Source of the DNA: Amphiscolops sp. MND2022
Lineage: Eukaryota
DNA length: 64,000 nucleotides
Reading direction: 5' to 3'
NCBI GenBank assembly: GCA_964187785.1
Contig: OZ076409.1
Span: 16,060,001 to 16,124,000 of the forward strand
How positions within the stretch are numbered: the first letter of the stretch is position 1; each line of letters opens with the position of its first letter. A model generated the notes under the pieces. It saw only the letters and a list, made by a program, of their open reading frames with translations. It did not search any database and was not told the origin of the DNA. Shown here piece by piece: positions 36,546 through 48,642 of the stretch. The position numbers were made by a program, and so were the translations under genes.

Positions 36546-39039
36546 TTCTCCAAAGGTATTAGTTTCGATTAATTTTTTAAGAGACCTCCTATGTTTGATT
36601 GAAAAAATGTCGCTTATTTGCGGAAATTTGGTGAACAGTTCGTCTTTGTCGCATAAAATGGTTTTGTTTAGTATTCTTCCGTTTTTTTATTATTCTTTCA
36701 GTTCCTTGTGCAAATTTTGTCTTCCTCTGATTTGCTATTTGGTAATTTCACCTTCCTCATGATGTAGACACAATGTACTGGGTAAGACGGGCCTAACCCT
36801 GCCTGCAGAGTACGAGTGTCTACTGGGTTCTTAGTATTGGTTGACCTCTCTTGAAGTTACAGCTCTACTATTCAAGAATATGGTTGAGGTTAACCCTAGA
36901 CTCCAGTAGACACTCAAAATCTCTCGCACAAGTACTGATTTGATTCGATTCAAATCTTTACTTTTTTTCCCTCCTCGATTTAAATACCTCTACACAGACT
37001 ATATGGCGGTATCACAGTAAATTATGCACTTTCTCTACGTGGTATGGAAATACTGCAATATTGTTTTAATCAATTGTACTTAAAATTAACCAACTTACTC
37101 CCTCATTTTTTTTTACTTTTGCTGACCTCTCTTTTGTCTTGGAAATAGTTTTTCTTGCTATCGTTTTTTTTTGCTTCTGAAAGGGTATAAAAGCGGAAAT
37201 AATATTGTGGCCCGGAGGGGCCTATTTTATCAAATATTGAACCATTCCAAATATTTTTGAAGTAATTGAAGAAATTTGAAGAAATATTTTTGGATTGCTG
37301 TGTAGAGTCGAATTACGTAGGAACGAAAAGTTTGTACAGTGTAGGGGATCGAATTGTAACGTGATTTTGTCTAGGATTGGAAAACGGGAAGTTTGCTTTA
37401 TGATACACCGTACATATAGCGCATTAAATGCAGCAGCGAAGCGAAGCTGGCCAACTTGCCACTACTTGACCAGCACAGGTTTTGACATAGGCCAACCTGG
37501 AGGGGCACAAAGCGCAAGGAAGGAGGAAGGCCGAGTTATACAACCAATTTTGGTTTCTAAATTTTTATTGAAATTATCAATTTCGATATTCTGAAAATCG
37601 ATCCTAAAGCCGAGACAGCTGTTATCCAATTTTACGGGACATTTACAGAATAAGCTGTTTCTCAAGCACCCTCGTGAATAAAATTTCTTCGGAAGTTTCA
37701 GGGAAAACAGTCGTTAGATAGCCACTAGCACCAGAGGCCAAAACCAAAAAGGGAAGAAGTGCAAATGATTACGCAAATGACACCCCTAGACCACATACTT
37801 AAGCCGGCAGAGCTGGCTAAGCACTCAAAAAACCGTCAAAATACACGTTGAACACTTTGGAAAGCCGCCTCTATCGGCTTTTGCTTTTTTTCTCCGACGT
37901 GCTGCAGGATTGAAAGACAAGTTGGTGCGCAGTATGTTGAGAAACTTCGCTGAACTGGAAGAAAATCTGAAATCTCTAATGCCCAACTATTTTTCCAGCA
38001 AACTCAGTTGTTCTTTTTTCCGATTCTCTTCATTTGTTTGCACTAAGACTACCTGTGACTTCACGCCTAGTGGTAGTCCGAAAATACGTAGTTCGTCTCT
38101 CGTCAGAGTTTTCAGCCCCAGAAAAATTTTTGAAACATGGAAGAAATCGTTAGGTTGCATTATGGTGTCATCGCATTTTGAGGGTTCGATTTTGAGGCCA
38201 CGTTTTATCTGCCTATATGGGGGGTTTGGGGGTTGGGGTATTTTACCACGGTTCCGGTTTTGTCACTTGGAAGTCCATTGTCGAGGTAAGATACAGCCGA
38301 GGTTAACCTCCTATTTGTCAGGGCATTTGGTTCGAAGTTCAATATTTTTGATCCGTCAAATTTGCTCGACAAAGAGAAGTCTCCGGGTGAACCAACCGGT
38401 AACGTTTGTCGGTGGTAACGTTGGGGACAAACTTTTCAATAGTTTGATTAAGGTCTGGTTGATTTCAGGGTGAATTGTCACTTGGCTTGAAGTCATTTGG
38501 GTTAAACACATTTATTTGGCTTTTGTGCATTTGGTCATTTGGCTCTATTTGTTCATGCCAAACGTCTTGGGTAAGAGGTCACTTGGCGTAATACCATTTG
38601 GCTGAAAATCACTATGTTGAAAAAGCATGCCAGACTTCGTCGAAATTATTTTTATTATTCTTATGTAGTCAGCTTCATTGACGTACCCTTGTGTCCTTAC
38701 TCAGTGTCCTAAATCCGGGAACGAAGCGAAGGGGAACGACGTGCTATATGGTCATATCTCAAAAGTGCTACTTGGCGAAGACAGCGAGGCGACCTAGCAA
38801 TACAACAATTATACTGAACATTTCAAAACTTTTTTTAGTTTCTCGAACAATTCGCTAAAAATTAAATTCAGTTTTCATCTTCATTAGGTTGTTTATAGAC
38901 ATTGCTTGAGTTAGAATGAACTTGGTCTAGCGTTGGGGTCATTTGGTTTAAAAACATTGAGCCACATGACGCGAAAATAAAATTAATTCAAACGAAATCA
39001 AAGTTTTAGTAACAATTAGGCTCGATAGGAAAAGTTTCA

Positions 39040-42000
39040 AAAACATCTGAGGCCTATTATGCATCCCCGTAGTACTAGCCACTTCGGTACCTCGCCTTTC
39101 GCGAGTCAAAAATAAATTTTTCAAAGTAATATTTTAAAATTCGGTTCGAAATTTGAGTTTAAAAAAAATAAGTTAAATTTAGTCTTACAATGCGTTTTTT
39201 GAACTCGATTTTCCAGGCAGCGATGCAATGATCTACTGAAATCTTTTCACGGCAAAGTTTTTGTCGAAAGCTGAGTCTAACCACTTCCCGGAAGTGTGCA
39301 CAAACTGCGTTCTAAGGAATAAGATTGAAACCCACTTCTGTAACTATGATCTATAGAACTGAGATCTAAATGTCATTTTTCGTGACTAAGATCTATTGAA
39401 TGCCAGCTCCCGATTAGTAACTCCAAAAAGTCGTCCAAAAATTTTCTTGATCGAAATTTTGAAAAATATTTTTGCTGTTTGGCGACCAATTGTCCAATCT
39501 GTTTTGTCAAGATTTTGGTTGTCGAAAAGTCGTACAAATATGTGTAAAAAGCGTTTTGTCGACCAATTGTTCAAATGAGTTATCTTGCCAATTGTGTGAA
39601 ATTTGTGTATAAAGCTTCTTGGGAATAGCGTCTAAAATCGGGCGAATTTCAAGCCACATAAGTTCTAAAACTGTAAAGTGATTTAAAGCATAAAACGTGT
39701 CTAGGATATGTCCCCCTTTTCCTCTAGTGCCCTACTGCCCTTGGAGCTGCCAATAGTATCATCTTGCCAAGCGAGGTCGAACAGGAGCAAAGACAGTTGG
39801 AACTGAGATCACAAAGCAATCGTAGTTGGAGCTGGTCTTTGCGACGGTGAGGGCGAGCGTGCATACGCTTTATATGACCCCATATCAGGTGGCGGCTGAA
39901 CTACTTTTCCGGGAAAGTAGTGAAAGTATCTTGAACGCTTTTAGACGTAATTCTTTTTTAGACATTATTCCTTAGACGTTATTCCTGTTCTCCGTGTTTT
40001 GTTTTGGTTTTTAGCTTTTAGACGACGTTTCGACGAGAAAGACGTTTCGGCGACAGTGTTGTTTCCGAAACGTCCGTTGCCATATATTCGCCGAAACGTC
40101 CGGAATCCATTGGCAATCATCGGCAATTATTCATTGGCTAAAAGACCAATGAATAAATAATTGGTCTATAAACTTTCAGAACCAATTGGGTGCCCCTGAC
40201 TCTCATCCTTAAATTCTAAAATGACTTTATCCAATTATCAATGCTTTTTTATGCATTTTCATACGTGAATTTTCCCGTAAATTGAGGATTTTATAACAAA
40301 TTGCTGGTAGATTTTATTGTTGCCGCCGAATAAAGTTTAGTACACACTCGGTACGGTGCATCTCCAGACTTCATCCCACTCAGTGGAGTCTACCACCTTT
40401 GATGCCCTTTCAGGTTTTGCAATCCGTCATTTCAAATATGAAAATGTTGGGAACTTCAACTACCGTGCGAAAAACATCTGAGGCCTATTATGCATCCCCG
40501 TAGTACTAGTGACTTCGGTACCTCGCCTTTCGCGAGTCAAAAATAAATTTTTTAAAGTATCAATTTAAATGTCAGTTCGAAATTTGAGTTTCAAAAAAGT
40601 AAGTTAAATTTAGTCTTACAATGCGTTTTTTGAACTCGATTTTCCAGGCAGCGATGCAATGATCTACTGAAATCTTCTCACGGCAAAGTTTTTGTCGAAA
40701 GCTGAGTCTAACCACTTCCCGGAAGTGTGCACAAACTGCGTTCTAAGGAATAGGATTGAAACCCACTTCTGTAACTATGATCTATAGAACTGAGATCTAA
40801 ATGTCATTTTTCGTGACTAAGATCTATTGAATGCTAGCTCCCGAATAGTAACTCCAAAAAGTCGTTCAAAATTTTTTTGATCGAAAGTTTGAAAAATATT
40901 TTTGCTGTTTGGCGACCAGTTGTCCAATCTGTTTCGTAAAGATAATGGTTGTCGAACAGTCGTACAAATATGTGTAAAAAGCGTTTTGTCGACCAATTGT
41001 CGAAATGAGTTATCTTGCCAATTGTGTGAAATTTGTGTATAAAGCTTGTTGGGAAAAGCGTCTAAAATCGGGCGAATTTCAAGCCACATAAGTTCTAAAA
41101 CTGTAAAGTGATCTAAAGCATAAAACGTGTCTAGGATATGTCCCCTTTTTCCTCTAGTGCCCTACTGCCCTTGGAGCTGCCAATAGTATCATCTTGCCAA
41201 GCGAGGTCGAACAGGAGCAAAGACCTAGCTGGAACTGAGATCACGAAGCAATCGTAGTTGGAGCTGGTCTTTGCGACGGTGAGGGCGAGCGTGCACACAC
41301 CGTATATGACCGATTCTATTTATGACCATATATGCAATTATAAAGATACCGTATTATATGACCAAATCTGGTGGCGGAAAGTAATGAAAGTATCTTGAAC
41401 GCTTTCAGACGTAATTTTTTTTGTAAGACATTATTCTTTAGACGGTACTCCTGTTCCTCGTGTTTTGTTTTGGTTTTTAGCTTTTAGAGGACGTTTCGAC
41501 GACAGTGTTGTTTCCGAAAAGTCCGCCGCCATATTCTCGCCGAAACGTCCGGAATCCAATGGCAATAATTGGCAATTGTTCATTGGCTAAGAGAACAATG
41601 ATTAAATAATCGGTCTATGAACTTTCAGAACCAATTGTAAGTGCCAAATAACTATTGGGTGCCACTTACTCTCAGCCCTAAATCCTAATATGACTTTATC
41701 CAACTATCAATGCTTTTTATGAATTTTCATACGTAAAAATTCCCGTAAATTGAGGATTTTATAACAAATTGCTCGTAGATTCAACTGTTTGCTACCCATG
41801 AAAGTATCGTAGACACTCGGTACGGTGCATCTCCAGACTTCATCCCACCACCTTTGATGCCCTTTCAGGTTTTGCAATCCGCCATTTCAAATATGAAATT
41901 GGGTTGGGATTTTTCAAATACCGTGAGAAAAACATCTGAGGCCTGTTATTCATCCCCGTATTACTAGCCACTTCGGTACCTCGCCTCTCGCGAGTCGAAA

Positions 42001-44376
42001 GTATGTTTTTTAAAGTATTAATTTAAAACCCGGTTCAAAATTTGAGTTTAAAAATTTAAATTAAATTTAGTCTTACAATGCGTTCTTGGAATTCGATTTT
42101 CCAGGCAGCGATGCAATGATCTATTGAAATCGTCTCACAGCAAAGTTTTTGCCGAAAGCTGAGTCTAACCACTTCCCGGAAGTGAGCACAAACTGCTTTC
42201 TAAGGAATAAGATTAAACGCACTTCTGCAACTATGATTTATAGAACTAAGATCTAAATGTCTATTTTCGTAACTAAGATCTATAGAATGCCAGCTCCCGA
42301 ATAGTAACTCCAAAAAGTCGTCAAAAAAATTCTTGATCGAAATTTTGAAAAATTTTTTTGCTGTTTGGCGACCAGTTGTTCAATCTGTTTTGTCAAGATA
42401 TTGGTTGTCGAACAGTCGTACAAATATGTGTAAAAATCGTTTTGTCGACCAATTGTCCAAATGAGTTATCTTGCCAATTGTGTGAAATTTGTGTATAAAG
42501 TTTCTTGAGAATAGCCTCCAAAATCGGGCAAGTTTTAAACCACATAAGTTCTAAAACTGTAAAGTGATTTAGAGCATAAAACGTGTCTAGGATATGTCCC
42601 CATTTCCTCTAGTGCCCTGCTGCCCTTGGAGCCGCCAATAGTCCCATCTTGCCAAGCGAGGTCGAACAGGAGCAAAGACCTAGTTGGAACTGAGATCACA
42701 AAGCAATCGAAGTTGGAGCTGGTCTTTGCGACGGTGAGGGCGTGCGTGCATACGCCTTATATGGCCCCATTTCAAGTGGCGGAGAGTATTGAAAGTATCT
42801 TGATCGCTTTTAGACGTCATCCCTTTTTTAGAAGTTTTTTTAGACGTAATTCCTGTTCCTCGTAATTCGTTTTGGTTTTTAGCTTTTAGAGGGCGTTTCG
42901 GAGAGAAAGACGTTTCGGCGACAGTGTTGTTTCCGAAACGTCCGCCGCCATCTTGTCGCAGGAACGTCCAGACTCCATTGGCAATGAATGGCAATTAATC
43001 ATTGGCTAAGAGACAAATGACTGAATCTTCGGTCTATGAAAGTTCAGAGCCAATTCTAAAGGCCAAATAACTATTGGGTGCCCCTGACTCTCATCTCTAA
43101 ATCCTAATAGGACTTTATCCAATAATCAATGCTTTTTATGAATTTTCATACGTAAAATTTCCCGCAAATTGAGGATTTTATAACAAATTGCTCGTTAATT
43201 CTATTGATTGCCGCCGATGAAAGTTTAAAACACACTTCGGTACGGTGCATTTCCAGGCTGCAACCCACTCAGTGGAGTCTACCATTTTTGATGCCCTTTC
43301 AGGTTTTGCAATTCGCTATTTCAATTATGAAAATGCGTTGGGAACTTTCAACTACCGTGCGAAAAACATCTAAGGCCTGTTATCTATCCCCGTAGTACTA
43401 GCCAGTTCGGTACCGCGCCTTTCGGGTGTCGAAAATATGTTTTTAAAACAATTAATTTGAAAATCGGTTCAAAATTTCAGTTTTAAAAAAAATAAGTTAA
43501 ATTTAGTCCTACAATGCATTTCTTGAACTCAATTTTCCAGGCAGCGATGCAATGATCTACTGAAATCTTCTCACGGTAAAGTTTTTGCCGAAAGCGGAGT
43601 ATAACCACTTCCCGGAAGTGAGCACAAACTGCGTTCTAGGGAATAAGATTGAAACGCACTTTTATAACTATGATCTTTAGAACTGAGATCTAAATGTCAT
43701 TTTTAGTAACTAAGATGCCAGCTCTCGAAAAGTAACTCCAAAAAGTCGACCAAAAATTTTCTTGATCGAAAATTTGAAAATTGTTTTTGCTGTTTGGCGA
43801 CCAGTTGTCCAATCTGTTCTGCTGTCAAGATATTGGTTGTCGAACAGTCGTACAAATATGAGTATAAAGCGTTTTGTCGACCAATTGTCCAAATGAGTTA
43901 TCTTGCCAATTGTGTGAAATTTGTGTATAAAGCTTCTTGGGAAGAGCGACCAAAATCGGGCAAATTTCAAGCCACTTAATTTCTAAAACTGTTAAGTGAT
44001 TTAAAGCATAAAACGTGTCGAGGATATGTACCCATTTCTTCTAGTGCCCTGCTGCCCTTGGAGCCGCCAATAGTCCCATCTTGCCGAGCGAGGTCAAAGA
44101 GGAGGAAATACATAGCTGGAACTGAGATCGCGAAGCAATCGTAGTTGGAGCTGGTCTTTGCGAAGGTGAGGGCGAGCGAGCATACACCGTATATGACCAA
44201 TTTTTATTATGACCATATATACAGTTATAAAAATACCGTATTATGTGACCATATCTGGTGGCGGAAAGTAATGAAAGTATCTTGAACGCTTTTAGACGTC
44301 ATTCCTTTTTTTACACATTATTCCCTGGATGTTATTCTTGTTCCCCGTGTTTTGTTTTGAATTTTAGCTTTTAGAC
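39040..44376. repeat. ~1.43-1.46-kb tandem repeat, ~3.7 copies
   Basis: Unit start aaaacatct(g/a)aggcct at ~39040, 40471, 41929 and 43363; the last copy is cut at ~44376. Confidence 0.93.
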
Positions 44377-46215
44377 TGAGCTGTTAAAAAGTTTGAAGTT
44401 TGGTGGTTGTTTCTTTTAGAAATATTAGTACTGACATAAGAAGTCTAAGATTTTAACAGCAGTGTCGTCTTATCTTACGCTTGGTAGCTAGCTAGTTCTG
44501 AGTACAATCTATTTCTGAGATCTCAGTTCTTGGAGTGTTGGAAGAAGACTGATCGTCAGGAAGAATTCTCAATTTCTCCAAGTAGATATATTCTATTAAC
44601 TAGGGTAGGTTTCATCAATTACAATGTGACAGCAACAGGATGAATTGGAGAAGCTTGGTACAGGATATATTAATTGAAGTTTCTTCTAGAATAATTGGTT
44701 TCTAGATTCAATTAGATTTACTAATTTCTTTTGTTAAGAGTTCAGAGTATTTCAGATTTATAAAATCTTTGAGGACATGCATCATGGCATCACAATCAAC
44801 CGGGAATTTAAAAATAAAATTACATATATGCACTTTGAGTTTAAGGAGTTCTAGAAGTTTTTGTTATATGCATGGGTTTGTTTCATATGTGTTGTACTAA
44901 AGTTGCATGAGTTTCGTTTTGTAGAGTACCATACTTAAGGAGTGAGAACAACCTAAGACGATTTGACTTCTTACGTCATAGACGATTCAATTGGTGCAAA
45001 AAGGTTCAAACAGGTTCAAGTTCTTTCAGTTTCTTTGACTGACAAGTTCTTTGAAGTTATTGTTGACAACTATTTATCGTTTCATGTTTCTTTTTCGTAT
45101 CAGCCATCGGCTTGTTTGAAAAAATTCTTTCATCAACATGAGTTAGTCAGCATTGAAAACTTTTCAAGTTGAGGAATTAAAGCGTGAAGTTGTCAATGAG
45201 TTGTGAACCAACATTGGCGGGTATGTGAACCAAAAATGAAGAAGTTTTGAAAAGTCAAGGTTGTAGTGAGAGTTCATTTTCAACAAAGGTGAAGAGTAGA
45301 GCAGAAGCAAGAGTTGAAAAAAAAACTTTGGCTATTTCAAGTTTCAAACATCTGAAAACTAGAAGTGACATTTTTCAAGAGTTCTAAAGAAAAATTTGGA
45401 AAATTTTTGGGAAGGCTTTTGAAGATTAAAACAAAGGTGTAGAACATGACTTGTAAAAGAAAATTTTTGTCCAAAAATCTTAGAAAATTTCTTGTGCTGT
45501 AAGTAGGACTTGTGTTCTGTAAAAGACGGGGAATATAGATGTATTTTGAAGTGTATAATTATGTAAGATAATGTTAATGTTCTATAGACAATACAATGGA
45601 AGGAATTAATATTGTGGTTACAAGAATAATTATGGATAGAATTTGGGAAGGATTATGGTTAATGGGGGGTAATTATACTACGATTATAGAAGATTAAGAG
45701 TAAATAAGAGTAGATAGCACTAAAGAGTAGATAAGGGTATATAGCATTATACGATATTAAAGTTAAAATTGGATAGGTTGCAAGAAGTTACAAGTTATAT
45801 TTGTTAAATTGGATTATACAGTTCAGTTTGAAAATTGAGTCAAAGTTTTGATTACAATGTTTGAATATTGTATTGGTCATTGGAGTATGAAGACCAGTTC
45901 AGGAAGTCAGCAGTTGAGGTGTGAAGACCAGGCAAGAAGTCAGCATTGGAGGATGAAGACCAGTCAAGAAGTCATCGTGGGGTGTGAAGACCAGTGACGA
46001 GGACAAAGTTTGGCAACGTCGATGAACCCAAAGTGTAGATGGATGTTGTTGACCATCGTGGGTGGGTGAAGTGAAGAATTTCAGCATGTGTAGGAGTTCT
46101 TTGAAGAAGTAATCATCAACCACATTTCGAGGCATCATCGAGAGAAGATGAAGGATTTGGAGACGAAATGCAGTCAAAGAGTGAAATAGAAGTAAATAGA
46201 AGTTTGTGTTAGAGA

Positions 46216-46668
46216 TCATTGAAAGAGAGAGTTTTGCGATGGAGGATGAGTTTGGTGTTGGATCGGGTCATAAAGTTCTAGTTTTTGAGTATACCCGAAA
46301 TCTTTCAGCATATTATTAAAAGCATCTATAGCTTCTTGGATAGCAGTACGAAAGTACTGATCCTTTGAAGTAAAGGACGAATTGAGGACGAAAACAACAT
46401 TAGATGCCGTTTCACAAATGGCAATTTTAGGTCCTTGAAGATGGATTCGCGAGTATTGCTCGAAAGTGGTTTTCTTTTTCTTTATTTGCGTGACATTGTA
46501 GAGTACTTTTAAGAAAGCGATGAGACATTTGGGCGTAATTTTGTTTTTGTGAATCTCAAGCGAGAGTTTGAAGGCCATGGTGTGAAATATGGCGGCTTTA
46601 AGACTATGCACTTTCGAAAATTCTGAAGTCATGGTTAGAATGTCGTTTGTTTCAGCATTTGGAGCCAT
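46216..46668 (-). CDS. ORF5: orphan 150-aa accessory protein
   Basis: ATG-initiated, normal-complexity ORF on the element's sense strand downstream of ORF4; no family recognised. Confidence 0.5.
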   Translation of the reverse strand: MAPNAETNDILTMTSEFSKVHSLKAAIFHTMAFKLSLEIHKNKITPKCLIAFLKVLYNVTQIKKKKTTFEQYSRIHLQGPKIAICETASNVVFVLNSSFTSKDQYFRTAIQEAIDAFNNMLKDFGYTQKLELYDPIQHQTHPPSQNSLFQ

Positions 46669-47085
46669 GATGACGAGAGTTTGAAGAATGCGAAGAAAGA
46701 GAAGTTGGGATGTTCTGAAAGAATTTGGATGAAGGAGGAGGAAGAATGGATGTTTCTAAAACAAAGGAAGTGTAAGAAGAATGACAATATCGAGTCAAAG
46801 ATGTACAACAAAATTTGGAGCTGGAATGTATCATATTTAGTGTTGTGCTAGATTGTCTTGTATGTCTTGTATTGTAGTGTTTTTAGTAGAAATAGTTAGT
46901 TTTTTGACATGTACTGTATGAAAAATTAGTGTACTTAAAAAACAGTCCTGAGATTTCATTCAAAAGCAAGAATTTACTTTAAAGAAGTAGGTAAAAATGA
47001 AAATACCTTGTAGAATGTGCCACAGATGTACCATAGAATGTACCAGAGAAGAAAAATTAAAACTTTATAATACCTGTAGAGGAGT

Positions 47086-48380
47086 TTAATGAAGATTAGT
47101 TGAGTTAAAAAGAGTAGTTATAGTTTCCAAAGCAGATTGAATTGCTTGGGATGATTGAGTGATGCGTTGAGAGTCTAAATCGAGTGTCTGAAGTAGTTTG
47201 TGTGTTCTGTCGTAGCAGTGTAGTATATGTGTAAGTGTTGTGATAGATGTTTCAGAGGAGTTTCGTTTATAGGGTTCAAGTAAATTTGTTATGTCGCGAA
47301 GTGTTCGGTTGTTTAATACAGAGGAAAGTTTGTCAGGAGTGTTTTTGATAGGAGAAGTGTATGATTTATGTTCAGTTTTTTGTTCGGCTTGTACCATGAA
47401 AGAGATAGTTTTGGCAGAGATAAAGAGAAGTTCGTTGTAGGATTATGTTTGTTTGTAGAGTGCTGTATAGTACGTTCTATCTTTATCATCAAGTGGAGAA
47501 GATACTAGATGTTTAATAACAGTAAGAGGTTTGGCAATTTGAGTAGGAATGTTGCAAGGCAACAAAGCATCATCGTAATGTATAAGATATTCTTGAGGTA
47601 CAATAAGTGGACGAGAAGTATTGTTATATGGAAGCAAACAGAAGTATTGTTTTATAGGGTCATAGTTTCGAAGGTAGCCTGTTATACAAGAGTGGTCTAG
47701 AGTGTACATATTTGTCATTGTGAACGGTGATGTATATTTGTAATTGACAAAAATGTGATTTTGTGGTTTCGTGTATTGTAGGAATTTAGTATATGTTTGA
47801 TGATGAGTAGCTTTTTGTGCTATAGAGAGGAAAGATGGATCAGATTCATCTGTTTTGAGATCGTAGATAGATGGTCGCCATTATCGAGCCAATATTGGTA
47901 TGGACCCATTATTTTGGAAGCAATGGATGTAAAGAAGTCTTGATTTTTGTCATACAAGCGAAATGAATAGTCTGTAGGATGCATGTATAGAGAAGTTAGT
48001 TGTGCTTTAAGGACGAAATCGTCTGTAGAAAGAATTGAGATCAAATTATCATCTCGATTCGTGCAAAGTGAAATTTTCGAAGGTATTGAAGGAGGATATA
48101 TTAGCGATGAAAGAAAGATTGGATCTTTCATAATTTCATATCGTTTTTTTGGAGGAGGTGGTGTCGATTGTGTGTGATCAGTATCAGCTTGTGAAGGAGT
48201 AGGTTTTGAATTTTCATGTTCAACTTTTGTATGTTCCATTGGTTCAAGAAAAAATGGAGGTGTTTGTTCAGAAGTCTCAATATAGAGAACAGGAGAATTA
48301 TTCGAAAGAGGTCTTGTTAAAAGATCTGTTGGGGTTGCTTGTTCAAGCTGTGTTTGTAGGTCAATTTGTGCTTGTGTCAT
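47086..48380 (-). pseudogene. ORF4: orphan accessory gene (~430 codons) broken by a frameshift (~47880) and a TAA (47443-47445)
   Basis: ORFs 47443-47718 and 47086-47397 share a frame that is open from ~47880 and overlaps the end of ORF 47820-48380; same codon bias as pol and env. Confidence 0.65.
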
Positions 48381-48642
48381 TGTTTTAAAACATCAACAGT
48401 CACAGTGTTATCTATTCCAAGAGGCCTTAGCACTTTAAAGTTAACGTACTATAAATTACACTAACGAGTGGATTTATCAACTTTGGTTGAAGAGTTTTTG
48501 AAGACTGTTATTCTTAGAGATGTATTATCGGGTTGAGGAAGATGAACTTCTGCAAGAGTTTCGTGTGGTGAAGGAGTAGCAATTGTGAAGAAATAGTAGG
48601 CAAGTGTTCTGGAAGAGAGTTACAGAAAAACTGAGAGAGAGT

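Larger units (their letters stand above)
16641..36752. repeat. Macro tandem array: ~4.0-kb spacer (16641-20659, 23786-27802, 28182-32198, truncated 36546-36752) alternating with satellite blocks
   Basis: The same ORF-track artefact MAYFSVPP recurs at 16555, 23700, 28096 and 36460 (periods 7145, 4396, 8364). Copies 2 and 3 are near-identical. Confidence 0.95.

Noticed and set aside
37910..38473. 187-aa ORF
   Set aside because: Non-ATG start, no recognisable motifs, lies among repeat-like sequence.
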